Below, piece by piece: positions 29,411-38,674 of a stretch of 64,000 nt of DNA. The notes beneath the pieces were generated by a model. It did not search any database. It was not told where the DNA came from and worked only from the letters and a program-made list of their open reading frames with translations. The stretch is taken from positions 6,927 to 70,926 of the forward strand of contig NZ_JAPUVR010000098.1 in assembly GCF_029255125.1 (NCBI RefSeq), written 5' to 3'. The stretch comes from Accumulibacter sp. Its GTDB lineage: Bacteria; Pseudomonadota; Gammaproteobacteria; Burkholderiales; Rhodocyclaceae. Made by a program: the position numbers and the translations under genes. Each line of letters starts with the position of its first letter. The first letter of the stretch is position 1.

Positions 29411-31705
29411 ATGTTGGATTTTCACCGGCCGCGCCGTGTGGCGCTGGCCGTTGCCCTTGCCTGTTCGGGAACGGCGAGTGCCGAAGCAGCCGAGCGAGGC
29501 GAGTCGGACGCCCCGATACTCGGCGAAATCGTCGTCAGCGACTCGAAGATCCAGTCTGTGCCGGCAGCGCTTTCGCTCACGCCCGCTCGCCTGCGCCAGA
29601 TGCGCGCGGCGACGAGCGACACGGCCAGCCTGTTGCGCGACATCCCCGGCGTCGAACTGCAAGCGGGGGGTGGCGTTTCCAGTCTGCCGGTGATTCATGG
29701 TCTGGCCGATGATCGCCACCGCATCAAGCTCGACGGAATGGACTTGATCTCCACCTGCCCCAACCACATGAATCCGCCGCTGTCCTACATCGACCCGAGC
29801 CAGGTCGGCAGCCTGACCGTGCACAGCGCGCTGCCGCCGGTCAGCGCCGGTGGCGACAGTATCGGCAGCACGATCATCGTCAAGTCGCGGCCGCCACGCT
29901 TTGCCGCCGCGCGCGACGTTCTGCTCAACACCGGCGAGTTCGGCGCCTACTATCGCTCGAACGGCGGTGCCTTCGGCGGCAATCTTGCCGCGACGCTGGC
30001 CAGCGACCAACTGAGTGTCGGCTACCAAGCGGCCTACGCCGAGTCCGACAACTACCGCGCGGGACAAGCGTTCAAGACGACGCGCGAAACGGGGCGCGCC
30101 GGCCACCGGCTGGCGCTCGACGAAGTCGGATCGAGCGCGTACCGGACCGCCAGCCAGGCGCTCGGCCTGGCCCTGCGCCACGAGAACCACCTGATCGACC
30201 TCAAGTTCGGCTGGCAGAACGTTCCCGAGCAGCTTTACCCGAACCAGCGCATGGACATGACCGACAACCGTCAGCAGCGGGCAAACCTGCAGTACCAAGG
30301 GCAGTTTGCCTGGGGAAGCCTGGAAGCACGGGCCTACCGCGAAAGCGTCCGGCACAAGATGGATTTCGGCACCGACAAGAGGTTCTGGTATGGCACAGCC
30401 ACTGGCGGCCCGACCGCTGCCTTCGCCACGCCGTGTTCGCCGATTGGCGTCAACTGTGCAGCCGGCATGCCGATGGAAAGCGAGAGCAGCAACCTCGGCG
30501 CCTCAGTGCACGCCGCGATCGATCTGAGCCCGCAGGATCTGCTGCGCGTCGGCGTCGATCAGCAACGCTACCGTCTCGATGACGGGTGGCCACCGTCCGG
30601 GGCTGGCATGTGGCCGGGGACGTTCTGGAACATCAACAACGGCCAGCGCGATCGCCTGGGCGCCTTCGCCGAATGGGAAGGACGCTTGAATGCGCGCTGG
30701 ACGACGCTTCTCGGCGTACGCTACGAACGCGTTCGCATGGACGCGGACATGGTGCAAGGCTACAGCACGGCCAGCGGCGCGACGGGCAATCAGTATGCCG
30801 ACGCCAACGCCTTCAACGCGCGCAAGCATGCGCGGACCGACCACAACTGGGAGATGACGGCGCTTGCCCGGCATGTGCCGAATCGCGCTGTCGACCTCGA
30901 GTTCGGCTTCGCACACAAGGTGCGCTCACCCAATCTTTACGAGCGCTATACGTGGTCGACCTGGTCGATGGCGGCGGTGATGAACAACTTCGCTGGCGAC
31001 GGCAACGGCTACCTCGGGAATCTCGATCTGAAACCCGAAAAGGCCTGGACGCTGAGCGCTACGCTCGACTGGCACGCCGACGATCGAAGCTGGGCGTTGA
31101 CAGCGACGCCGTATTACACCCGGGTGAGCGATTACATCGACGCGCTGCGCTGCACCAGCGGCGCATCATGCACACCGGCCAATGCGACAAGCAGCAACAG
31201 TTTCGTCGTCCTGCAGTATGCCAACCAGGCGGCGCGCCTGGTCGGCGTCGACCTCTCCGGACACGCTCCGCTCGCCGCAACAGCACTTGGCAGCTTCGCC
31301 GTCAAGGGCAAGCTCGGCTATACCAACGGCAGGAACCGCGACACCGGCGATTCCCTGTACAACATCATGCCGCTCAACGCCCGACTCAGTCTGACGCATA
31401 CCCTGGGCGGCTGGGACAATGCCGTTGAGCTTGTGATGGTAAAACGAAAGGACAAGGTGGCGGACGCGCGCAATGAAATCCAGACGCCGGGCTACAGCCT
31501 GATGAATCTGCGCGCCAGCCACACCTGGAAGGACGTGCGCGTCGATTTCGGCATCGACAACGTGTTCGACAAATTCCATGTCCAGCCGCTTGGCGGTGCA
31601 TACCTTGGTCAGGGGACCACCATGAGCATCAACGCCGTCCCCTGGGGGATCGGGCTTCCCGGTATGGGGCGCTCGCTGTACGCCGGATTCAGCGTCAAGC
31701 TGTGA
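29411..31705 (+). CDS. TonB-dependent outer membrane receptor, OprC-like (probable copper uptake)
   Basis: RBS AGGAGAG; plug motif LPVIHGLADDR; CxxxM (CPNHM) and HxM (HKM) motifs as in OprC; C-terminal GRSLYAGFSVKL. Confidence 0.85.
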   Translation: MLDFHRPRRVALAVALACSGTASAEAAERGESDAPILGEIVVSDSKIQSVPAALSLTPARLRQMRAATSDTASLLRDIPGVELQAGGGVSSLPVIHGLADDRHRIKLDGMDLISTCPNHMNPPLSYIDPSQVGSLTVHSALPPVSAGGDSIGSTIIVKSRPPRFAAARDVLLNTGEFGAYYRSNGGAFGGNLAATLASDQLSVGYQAAYAESDNYRAGQAFKTTRETGRAGHRLALDEVGSSAYRTASQALGLALRHENHLIDLKFGWQNVPEQLYPNQRMDMTDNRQQRANLQYQGQFAWGSLEARAYRESVRHKMDFGTDKRFWYGTATGGPTAAFATPCSPIGVNCAAGMPMESESSNLGASVHAAIDLSPQDLLRVGVDQQRYRLDDGWPPSGAGMWPGTFWNINNGQRDRLGAFAEWEGRLNARWTTLLGVRYERVRMDADMVQGYSTASGATGNQYADANAFNARKHARTDHNWEMTALARHVPNRAVDLEFGFAHKVRSPNLYERYTWSTWSMAAVMNNFAGDGNGYLGNLDLKPEKAWTLSATLDWHADDRSWALTATPYYTRVSDYIDALRCTSGASCTPANATSSNSFVVLQYANQAARLVGVDLSGHAPLAATALGSFAVKGKLGYTNGRNRDTGDSLYNIMPLNARLSLTHTLGGWDNAVELVMVKRKDKVADARNEIQTPGYSLMNLRASHTWKDVRVDFGIDNVFDKFHVQPLGGAYLGQGTTMSINAVPWGIGLPGMGRSLYAGFSVKL

Positions 31706-31985
31706 TACCGTCGCGCGCCGCGCGCGGGCTGGTCGAGCGGGGCAGGAAAGCGGTATGTGTATGTTCGCCGAATGGACGCGTCGCCTGCCTCTGACCAGGT
31801 CGTCAATCTCCGCTGGCGGAAGCTCGACCATACCCTCTCAGGCAAATCGGTCAATGTGAAAGAAAACTCCAGGCTGAACGGGTCGGGACAGCGCTGAAAG
31901 GTGCCCGGCACAGGGCCGGGCCAAGAGATAAAGGTCTAAGCAACGATTGCCTGCAGCCGATTGCGCGTCGGCCAGGCCGTATGGC

Positions 31986-34253
31986 TCAGGCGATCTGGCG
32001 CACGCCGCCGGCAACCGGCGCTGCCTTGCGCGCACCAAGCAGCTTGCAGGCAAACAGCGCGAGGAACAGCGTGCCGAACGCGAAGACGATGTCACCCGGC
32101 ACGCGTGCCCAGACGAAGCCCTCCATCAGCGTGCCATGCACGAACTCGGGCGAACGGGCGAACCAGACGCCGTGCGTGATGCTGGCCCATGCTTGGCCGA
32201 TGCCGGCGGGCACCAGCGACATGAAGACCATCATCGCCAGACCGATGTTCAGCGACCAGAACGTTCCGGCGAGCAGCCGATCGGACCATGCGGCACGCGG
32301 GAAGAGACCACGCAGGCAGAAGAGCATGAGGCCGATGCCGAGCATGCCGTACACCCCGAACAGCGCCGCGTGACCGTGCGCTGCGGTCATATTCATGCCC
32401 TGCATGTAGTACAGCGCGATCGGCGTGTTGATCGAGAAACCGAGCAGGCCTGCTCCGACCACGTTCCAGAAGCCGACCGCGATGAAGCAAAGAATCGGCC
32501 ACTTGTAGGCAGCCACCCATTCGGCCGCCTGCGAACGCTGGTAGTTGCGCCACGCCTCGACGCCGATCATCGCCAGCGGCACCACTTCCAGCGCGGAGAA
32601 CATTGCCCCGATAGCGATCACCGAGGTCGGTGTGCCGGTGAAGTAGAGATGGTGCAGCGTGCCGAGGATGCCGCCAAACAGGAAGACGATGGTCTCGGCA
32701 ACGATGGCGGTGTTGGCGGCGGCAGCGCGAACCAGGCCAAGACGGGTGAACAGGAGTGCGATGACGGCGGTGGCGAACACTTCGAAAAAGCCTTCGACCC
32801 AGAGGTGCACCAGCCACCAGCGCCAGTACTCGATCATCGAGTAGTGCGTTTGGCGGCCCCAAGCCAGCGAGGTCGCGTAGAAGCCGCCGATGCACAGCGC
32901 GGAGAGGAAGACCATGGCGATCAGACCGCGCGATTCCGAAGGTGTCTTCAGCGCCGGCCACAAGCCACGAGCGAGCAGCGCCACCCAGATGAGCAGGCCG
33001 ACGAAGAGCAGGATCTGCCAGACGCGGCCCATGCTGGTGAACTCGAGGCCCTGGTTGCCGATCCAGAAAGCGAATTCGTTGCCCGGGTTGTGCAGGCTGC
33101 CGACCCAGCCGGTGGCGGTGGATCCGGCGACGATGAAGAGCAGCGCGTAGAACAGCAGGTTCACGCCAAGCTTCTGATACTTCGGCTCATGGCCGGAGAT
33201 CGCCGGCGCAATGTAGAGGCCGGTGGCAAGCCAGGCGGTGGCGATCCAGAGCACGGCAAACTGCGTGTGGATGGTGCGGCTGACCGTGAAGGGCAGAATC
33301 TCGCCGATCGGGATGCCGAACAGCGCGGTGCCTTCGACCGCGTAGTGCGCGGTGAGCACACCCATGCCGACCTGCGCCAGGATCAGCGCAATCACCACGA
33401 AGAAGTACTTCCGCGTCGCCAGCATCGACGGCGTCGGCTTCAGGCTGAACAGCGGGTCGGTCATCGGCGGCAGCGGGTCGCTTTGCTCATGACGCGAATG
33501 GAAGAAGATCATGCCAGCGATGGCGCCGATCATCAGGATGACGCTGGCGACCGACCAGATGCCGGTGCCGGCGGTCGGCGTGTTGCCGACCAGCGGCTCG
33601 TGCGGCCAGTTGCTGGTGTAGGAAAGCCCGCTCTCGCCCGGGCGATCGGTGGTCGCCGACCAGGCGCTCCAGAAGAAGAAGGCGGACAGCGCCTCGCGGT
33701 CTTCGGCGAGCTTGAGCACCCCCGGCAACATCGCGTACTGCTCGCGCAGAGCGGCCAGCGAAGCTTCGTCACCGAAGAGGTCGACGTAGTGCTGCGCGAC
33801 CTGCTGCACGGCCTCGGCGCGTTCGGCGGACAGCGTGACGACGTTCGTAGCCGCGTCGTGCGTGTTGCGGCGCATCTCGCTCTTCAGCTCGGCGTCGAGT
33901 GCCGCCTGCTGGCCGGCCTGCAGGTGGGCGTAGCCGGTGCCGTGCTGTTGCTGCGCACGGATCTCGCGCAGCGCGATCGCCTCGCGATGCAGCCAATCGG
34001 CCGACCAGTCCGGCGCCAGGTAGGAGCCGTGGCCCCAGACCGAGCCGAACTGCTGGCCCCCGGCGGCAAGCCAGGCCTCCTGGCCGCGCTGGACGCTGCC
34101 TTCGGCGAAGAGGACTTCGCCCTTCGAGTTGACGACGGCCTTGGGAATCGGCGGGGCACTGACGTAGATCTCGTTCCCGACCCAGCCAAGCGCGGCGAAG
34201 GAGAGGACAAAGATCACCGCCAGCCAGGTCCAGAGCTTGCGTGTGGTGTGCAT
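31986..34253 (-). CDS. norZ: Quinol-dependent nitric oxide reductase (qNOR, long NorB/NorZ)
   Basis: GSVWGHGSYLAPDWSAD, RTIHTQ, WWLVHLWVEGFFEVF, GTLHHLY, AHGHAALFGVYG. Confidence 0.95.
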   Translation of the reverse strand: MHTTRKLWTWLAVIFVLSFAALGWVGNEIYVSAPPIPKAVVNSKGEVLFAEGSVQRGQEAWLAAGGQQFGSVWGHGSYLAPDWSADWLHREAIALREIRAQQQHGTGYAHLQAGQQAALDAELKSEMRRNTHDAATNVVTLSAERAEAVQQVAQHYVDLFGDEASLAALREQYAMLPGVLKLAEDREALSAFFFWSAWSATTDRPGESGLSYTSNWPHEPLVGNTPTAGTGIWSVASVILMIGAIAGMIFFHSRHEQSDPLPPMTDPLFSLKPTPSMLATRKYFFVVIALILAQVGMGVLTAHYAVEGTALFGIPIGEILPFTVSRTIHTQFAVLWIATAWLATGLYIAPAISGHEPKYQKLGVNLLFYALLFIVAGSTATGWVGSLHNPGNEFAFWIGNQGLEFTSMGRVWQILLFVGLLIWVALLARGLWPALKTPSESRGLIAMVFLSALCIGGFYATSLAWGRQTHYSMIEYWRWWLVHLWVEGFFEVFATAVIALLFTRLGLVRAAAANTAIVAETIVFLFGGILGTLHHLYFTGTPTSVIAIGAMFSALEVVPLAMIGVEAWRNYQRSQAAEWVAAYKWPILCFIAVGFWNVVGAGLLGFSINTPIALYYMQGMNMTAAHGHAALFGVYGMLGIGLMLFCLRGLFPRAAWSDRLLAGTFWSLNIGLAMMVFMSLVPAGIGQAWASITHGVWFARSPEFVHGTLMEGFVWARVPGDIVFAFGTLFLALFACKLLGARKAAPVAGGVRQIA

Positions 34254-34284
34254 GGCGTTTCCTTTCGTGGTTGATGAACAGCAT

Positions 34285-34307
34285 AAGAAGAGTTTTCTAT
34301 GCATCTT
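34285..34307 (-). promoter_or_regulatory. NsrR-like box 1 upstream of norZ
   Basis: Minus strand AAGATGCAT-agaaa-ACTCTTCTT versus the AAGATGCAT-N5-ATGCATCTT palindrome; nsrR is adjacent. Confidence 0.65.
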
Positions 34308-34336
34308 TTAGGAGGGATATTATTCGAAGCCCTTAA

Positions 34337-34359
34337 AAGCTGCAACTTCTATGCATCTT
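34337..34359 (-). promoter_or_regulatory. NsrR-like box 2 upstream of norZ
   Basis: Minus strand AAGATGCAT-agaag-TTGCAGCTT; shares TTCTATGCATCTTTT with box 1 at 52-bp spacing. Confidence 0.7.
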
Positions 34360-34360
34360 T

Positions 34361-34377
34361 TGCGGCAAGCTGCCGCA
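34361..34377. promoter_or_regulatory. Perfect palindrome resembling a RegR/PrrA box
   Basis: TGCGGC-AAGCT-GCCGCA immediately adjacent to NsrR-like box 2. Confidence 0.45.
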
Positions 34378-34403
34378 ATGGGGTCATCCGGAATGCCGGT
34401 GGA

Positions 34404-34841
34404 TCAGGCGACAGGGAAGAAGGTGAGGATGCTGCGCTCGCTCCTGCCGACGAGATCGGCCAGCGTCATCTCGTCGAGCACCTTGAGGAAGGCGGCCAGC
34501 GCCCTGGAAAGGCCGACTTTCAGCTTGCAGCCGGGATCGAGAATGCACTGACAGCCCTCGGCAGCGAAACACTCGACGAGATCCATGCACGGTTCCATCT
34601 GGCGCACCACCTCGCCAACGACGATCTGACGCGGCGGACGGGCAAGGCGCAGGCCACCGCCCTTGCCGCGCAAGCCCTCGACGAAGCCGGCCCGGATCAG
34701 CGCGTTGACCACTTTCATCAGATGGTTTCGTGAGACAGCGAAGCGATCGGAGATCTCCTGGATGGTAACCAGTCGGTCCGTGTTGCTGCCGAGATAGATC
34801 AGGGCGCGCAGGGCGAAATCGGTGTGCTGGGTGATATACAT
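34404..34841 (-). CDS. nsrR: NO-sensing Rrf2 family repressor NsrR
   Basis: TDFALRALIYL, SRNHLMKVV, RGKGGGLRLAR, three Cys (VEC..C..C) plus one extra; upstream of qNOR. Confidence 0.88.
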   Translation of the reverse strand: MYITQHTDFALRALIYLGSNTDRLVTIQEISDRFAVSRNHLMKVVNALIRAGFVEGLRGKGGGLRLARPPRQIVVGEVVRQMEPCMDLVECFAAEGCQCILDPGCKLKVGLSRALAAFLKVLDEMTLADLVGRSERSILTFFPVA

Positions 34842-35084
34842 GAAAGTCCGCGCGTGTGCTGTGCCGGCCTATCGTACCGAGACGCCGCGGCCATTACCAG
34901 CAGAGGATGTGTCGAAGATGTTCGCAGCATGATGCCGACCAACCCCACGCCACCGCTGTCCACGCCAGCGGCAGTGGCGCAGGACGCCGAGCCCGGCGCG
35001 CAGCATTGCCCAGGCAGCGGCTCCTGGTGCATCATTGCGCGTCCCCTTCCGCGTCGTCGCTTGCCTCAATCGCGAGAGTTACCG

Positions 35085-36545
35085 ATGCTGCAACGTTTCG
35101 CTCCGCTTCTCTTCCTTCTCGGCATTCTGGTCATGGGTTTTGGCGGACTGATGCTGGTCCCGCTGACGCTGTCGTGGGTGATCGACGATGGAGCGCACAG
35201 CGCTTACGACGAAGCCGTCCTGATCACCGTGCTCACCGGTGCCTTGCTCGCGCAACTGGGCCGCCGTCACCGCCGCGAACTGCGCGTGCGCGACAGTTTT
35301 CTCCTCGTCGTCCTGGTATGGTCGCTCTTGCCCGCCTTCGCCGCCTTGCCTCTTTATTTTCAGATCAAGGATCTATCCTGGACCGATGCCTATTTCGAGG
35401 CGGTGTCGGGGCTCACTGCCACCGGCGCCACGGTACTTTCCGGACTTGATCACCTGCCACTATCGATCAACTTCTGGCGTACCTTCCTGCACTGGATCGG
35501 CGGCCTCGGCGTCGTCGTCCTCGCCGTCGCCATCCTGCCGCTGCTCGGCTTTGGTGGACGAAGCATGCTCAAGGCGGAGACTCCGGGTCCGATGAAGGAT
35601 TCGAAGATCACCCCGCGGCTTGCGGAAACCGCCAAAGGGCTGTGGGTGGTGTACGTGCTGCTCACGCTGGCGTGCACCTTGGCTTTGCAGCAAGTCGGCA
35701 TGGAGACCTGGGATGCGCTCCTGCACGCTTTCTCGATCATGGGGCTCGGCGGTTTTTCCACCAAGGACGCCAGTCTCGGACACTTCAACAGTCTCGAAAT
35801 CGAGCTGGTCGTGGTCTTCTTCGCCCTGCTCGCCGGAATCAACTTCAGCACGCATTTCCTCGTCCTGTCGCAGCGCTCGCTACGCGCCTACCGCTTCGAC
35901 GTCGAAGCGCACTATTTCCTCGGTTTCCTGGCGATCAGCAGCGTTGCGCTGGCGGTCTACCTGTGGCCCGAGGCCATCTACGACGATTTCCTGAGCACCT
36001 TGCGCTACGTCGCCTTTCACTCGGTCTCGCTGGCGACTTCCTTGGGCTTTGCGACCACCGACTACGCGCAATGGCCGATTTTCGCGCAGTTGTGGCTGCT
36101 TTTTCTTGGCAGCTTCGTTGCCTGCTCCGGGTCGGCGGGCGGCGGCATCAAGATGATGCGCGCGGTCATCCTCTACAAGCAGGTGTCGCGCGAACTGATG
36201 CGCGCCATGCATCCGCGCGGCCTGCAGACCGTCCGCTTTGGCACCGCGGTCGTCCCCGACCATGTGCTGCACGCCATCCTCGGTTTTCTCTTCATCTACG
36301 TGGTCAGCATCGTTTCGCTCACATTTCTCCTGATCGCCACCAAGCTCGACGTGATTACCGCTTTTTCGGCGGTGGTTGCCTGCCTGAACAACACCGGCCC
36401 GGGACTCAACCTGGTCGGCCCGGCAACCACCTACGCCGTCCTCAGCGACTTCCAGACCTGGGTATGCTCGTGGGCCATGCTGCTTGGCCGCCTGGAGATC
36501 TTCACCCTGCTGGTCGTTCTCATGCCCGCCTTCTGGCGGCGCTGA
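35085..36545 (+). CDS. trkH: TrkH family potassium uptake protein
   Basis: FEAVSGLTATGAT, HWIGGLGVVV, GLGGFST, GSAGGGIK, LNNTGPGL, MLLGRLEI. Confidence 0.95.
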   Translation: MLQRFAPLLFLLGILVMGFGGLMLVPLTLSWVIDDGAHSAYDEAVLITVLTGALLAQLGRRHRRELRVRDSFLLVVLVWSLLPAFAALPLYFQIKDLSWTDAYFEAVSGLTATGATVLSGLDHLPLSINFWRTFLHWIGGLGVVVLAVAILPLLGFGGRSMLKAETPGPMKDSKITPRLAETAKGLWVVYVLLTLACTLALQQVGMETWDALLHAFSIMGLGGFSTKDASLGHFNSLEIELVVVFFALLAGINFSTHFLVLSQRSLRAYRFDVEAHYFLGFLAISSVALAVYLWPEAIYDDFLSTLRYVAFHSVSLATSLGFATTDYAQWPIFAQLWLLFLGSFVACSGSAGGGIKMMRAVILYKQVSRELMRAMHPRGLQTVRFGTAVVPDHVLHAILGFLFIYVVSIVSLTFLLIATKLDVITAFSAVVACLNNTGPGLNLVGPATTYAVLSDFQTWVCSWAMLLGRLEIFTLLVVLMPAFWRR

Positions 36546-36721
36546 ACGCCCCGCTGGCAGAGGTGTCGCGAAGCGCGGCGCAGTTGCGTGATGCTCAGCG
36601 CCCCTCTTGTGGCGCTGAGCAAGGTCGAGCAGTGCGAGGCTGAACATGAGCATGCAGGCGATCGCCCGCGGCTGACCCGGCATGCTGGTCGAGCGGGCCG
36701 GGAAAGCGGTATATTCTCCGA

Positions 36722-37420
36722 ATGGACACATCGCCCGCCCCTTCTCGCCCACCTGCCATCGTCCTCCTCTCCGGCGGACTTGATTCGGCGACGACGCTCG
36801 CGCTCGCACGTGCGCAGGGCTTTGCCTGCTATTGTCTGTCGGTCGACTACGGTCAGCGCCATCGCGCCGAACTGCAGGCGGCAGCGGCGCTGGCGACGGC
36901 GCTGGGCGCAGTCGAGCAGCGTGTCTTGCGCCTGCCGCTGAGCGAATTTGGCGCCTCGGCGCTGACCGACGAAACCATCGCCGTGCCCGTCGATCAGGCA
37001 ACGGCCGGAATTCCGATCACCTACGTGCCGGCGCGCAATACGCTGCTGCTCGCACTGGCGCTTGCCTGGGCCGAGGTGCTCGGCAGCCGTGACGTCTTCG
37101 TCGGCGTCAATGCGGTCGATTATTCGGGCTATCCCGATTGCCGGCCGGCGTACATCGCCGCCTTTGAACAGATGGCCAATCTCGCTACGCGAGCTGCCGT
37201 CGAAGGCGCCAGGCTGCGCATTCACGCGCCGCTGATCGACTTGAGCAAAGCAGAGATCATCCAGCGCGGAATGGCGCTTGGCGTAGACTTCGCGCTCACC
37301 GTCTCGTGCTATCAGGCCGACGCGGCGGGTGGTGCCTGTGGCAGGTGCGACTCTTGCCGACTGCGCCGTGCGGGTTTTGCCGCCGCCGGCGTACCCGACC
37401 CGACACGCTATGCGGACTGA
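36722..37420 (+). CDS. queC: 7-cyano-7-deazaguanine synthase
   Basis: [38 protein letters not shown]. Confidence 0.96.
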   Translation: MDTSPAPSRPPAIVLLSGGLDSATTLALARAQGFACYCLSVDYGQRHRAELQAAAALATALGAVEQRVLRLPLSEFGASALTDETIAVPVDQATAGIPITYVPARNTLLLALALAWAEVLGSRDVFVGVNAVDYSGYPDCRPAYIAAFEQMANLATRAAVEGARLRIHAPLIDLSKAEIIQRGMALGVDFALTVSCYQADAAGGACGRCDSCRLRRAGFAAAGVPDPTRYAD

Positions 37421-37495
37421 GCCGCGACGCGAAAGACTACGCGGTCGAGCCGGGGGAAGCGCGATGAGGCGGCGCTGCTCCGGTGCACCAGGTTC

Positions 37496-38632
37496 TTGCG
37501 CGCCTCGCGCTTGATCCCGGCGACTGTGATCGACACTATCGCCCTGCCCGAGCGCATTCTCTGGCTCGCCTTTGGCCTCGGTAGCGTGTTTGGCGCCGTC
37601 GCCCAGCACAGCCGCTTCTGCCCGATGGGAGCGATCGCCGACATCGTCAACATGCGCGACTGGCGGCGCATGCGCATGTGGCTGCTCGCCATCGCCGTTG
37701 CCGTTCTTGGTAGCGCGGCGCTGCACTCGAGCGGCCGGATTGATCTCGCCAGATCGATCTACCGCAGCGCCGGTTTCCCCTGGCTGGCGCACGTCATCGG
37801 GGGCGCCACGTTCGGTTTCGGCATGGTTCTCGCATCGGGCTGTGCGGCACGCACACTGGTCCGCATCGGCGGCGGCAGCCTCAAGGCGATGGTCGTCTTG
37901 CTGATCGTCGGCCTGTTCGCCGAAATGACGATGCGCGGCGCGCTGGCCGGCTTGCGCCTCGATCTCAGCGAGCGCGGGTCGGCAGCGTTTGCCGCCGGCC
38001 ACGACCTGCCGGCTCTGCTCATCGCTCTGGGCCTGCCCGCGGACCTCGCGCTGACCGGCTGCGCCTTGGCGATCGGCAGCGCGTTGCTCGCTTTCGTCTT
38101 CCTGCCGCGCCAGCGCCTGGCGCCGGGCAGCGCGCTGGCCGGACTGTGCATCGGTCTGAGCGTCGTTGGCGGCTGGTACGTCAGCGGTGCGCTGGGCTAC
38201 CTCGCCGAAGATCCGGAAACCTTGCAGGAGGCTTTTGTCGCGACCAACAGCGGGCGCATGGAATCGCTCAGTTTCGTTGCTCCCCAGGCGTACCTGCTCG
38301 AACTGCTGATGCTTTGGTCGGACAGCAACCGTCACCTGAGCTTCGCCGTCGCCAGCCTGCTCGGCGTGCTCGCCGGCAGCTTGCTGAGCGCCGTCGGCAG
38401 CGGCAGCTTCCGCTGGGAAGGCTTCCGCGATCTTGAAGACACGGCCAACCACATCGTTGGCGCTGCTTTAATGGGCTTTGGCGGCGTGCTTGGCCTGGGG
38501 TGCACGATAGGCCAGGGGATCAGCGGCGTGTCGACGCTGGCACTGGGTTCGTTCGTCACGCTGGCAGCGATCGTCGGCGGTGCTCTGCTCGCGCTGTATT
38601 ACCAGGATCGGCGGGCGCAGTCGGCGGCGTGA
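37496..38632 (+). CDS. YeeE/YedE (TsuA-like) sulfur-compound transporter; start uncertain
   Basis: Multi-TM; three conserved Cys contexts SRFCPMGA, LASGCAAR, LGCTIGQG. Confidence 0.85.
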   Translation: MRASRLIPATVIDTIALPERILWLAFGLGSVFGAVAQHSRFCPMGAIADIVNMRDWRRMRMWLLAIAVAVLGSAALHSSGRIDLARSIYRSAGFPWLAHVIGGATFGFGMVLASGCAARTLVRIGGGSLKAMVVLLIVGLFAEMTMRGALAGLRLDLSERGSAAFAAGHDLPALLIALGLPADLALTGCALAIGSALLAFVFLPRQRLAPGSALAGLCIGLSVVGGWYVSGALGYLAEDPETLQEAFVATNSGRMESLSFVAPQAYLLELLMLWSDSNRHLSFAVASLLGVLAGSLLSAVGSGSFRWEGFRDLEDTANHIVGAALMGFGGVLGLGCTIGQGISGVSTLALGSFVTLAAIVGGALLALYYQDRRAQSAA

Positions 38633-38643
38633 ATTCGGTCTGA

Positions 38644-38673
38644 CAGCGAGAACTGGCAGCGAGAACTGGCAGC
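38644..38673. repeat. 13-bp tandem direct repeat (CAGCGAGAACTGG x2.3) in the convergent intergenic gap
   Basis: cagcgagaactgg cagcgagaactgg cagc. Confidence 0.7.
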
Positions 38674-38674
38674 C

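Noticed and set aside
31780-31920. Glycine-riboswitch-like fragments (CTCTCAGG, AAACTCCAGG, CTGAAAG) after the TonB receptor
   Set aside because: Lacks the GGAGA and CCGAAG elements, lies between convergent genes and precedes no same-strand glycine gene
34824-35084. N-terminal extension of trkH
   Set aside because: Overlaps nsrR and is low-complexity; homology begins at MLQRFAP (35085)
36722-37420. queC as QatC or a DNA-modification defence component
   Set aside because: Standard length and motifs, with no qatA/B/D, dpdA or other defence genes nearby
38644-38673. 13-bp tandem repeat as a possible CRISPR or REP element
   Set aside because: Only 2.3 contiguous copies, no spacers, no cas genes, and not seen elsewhere in the window
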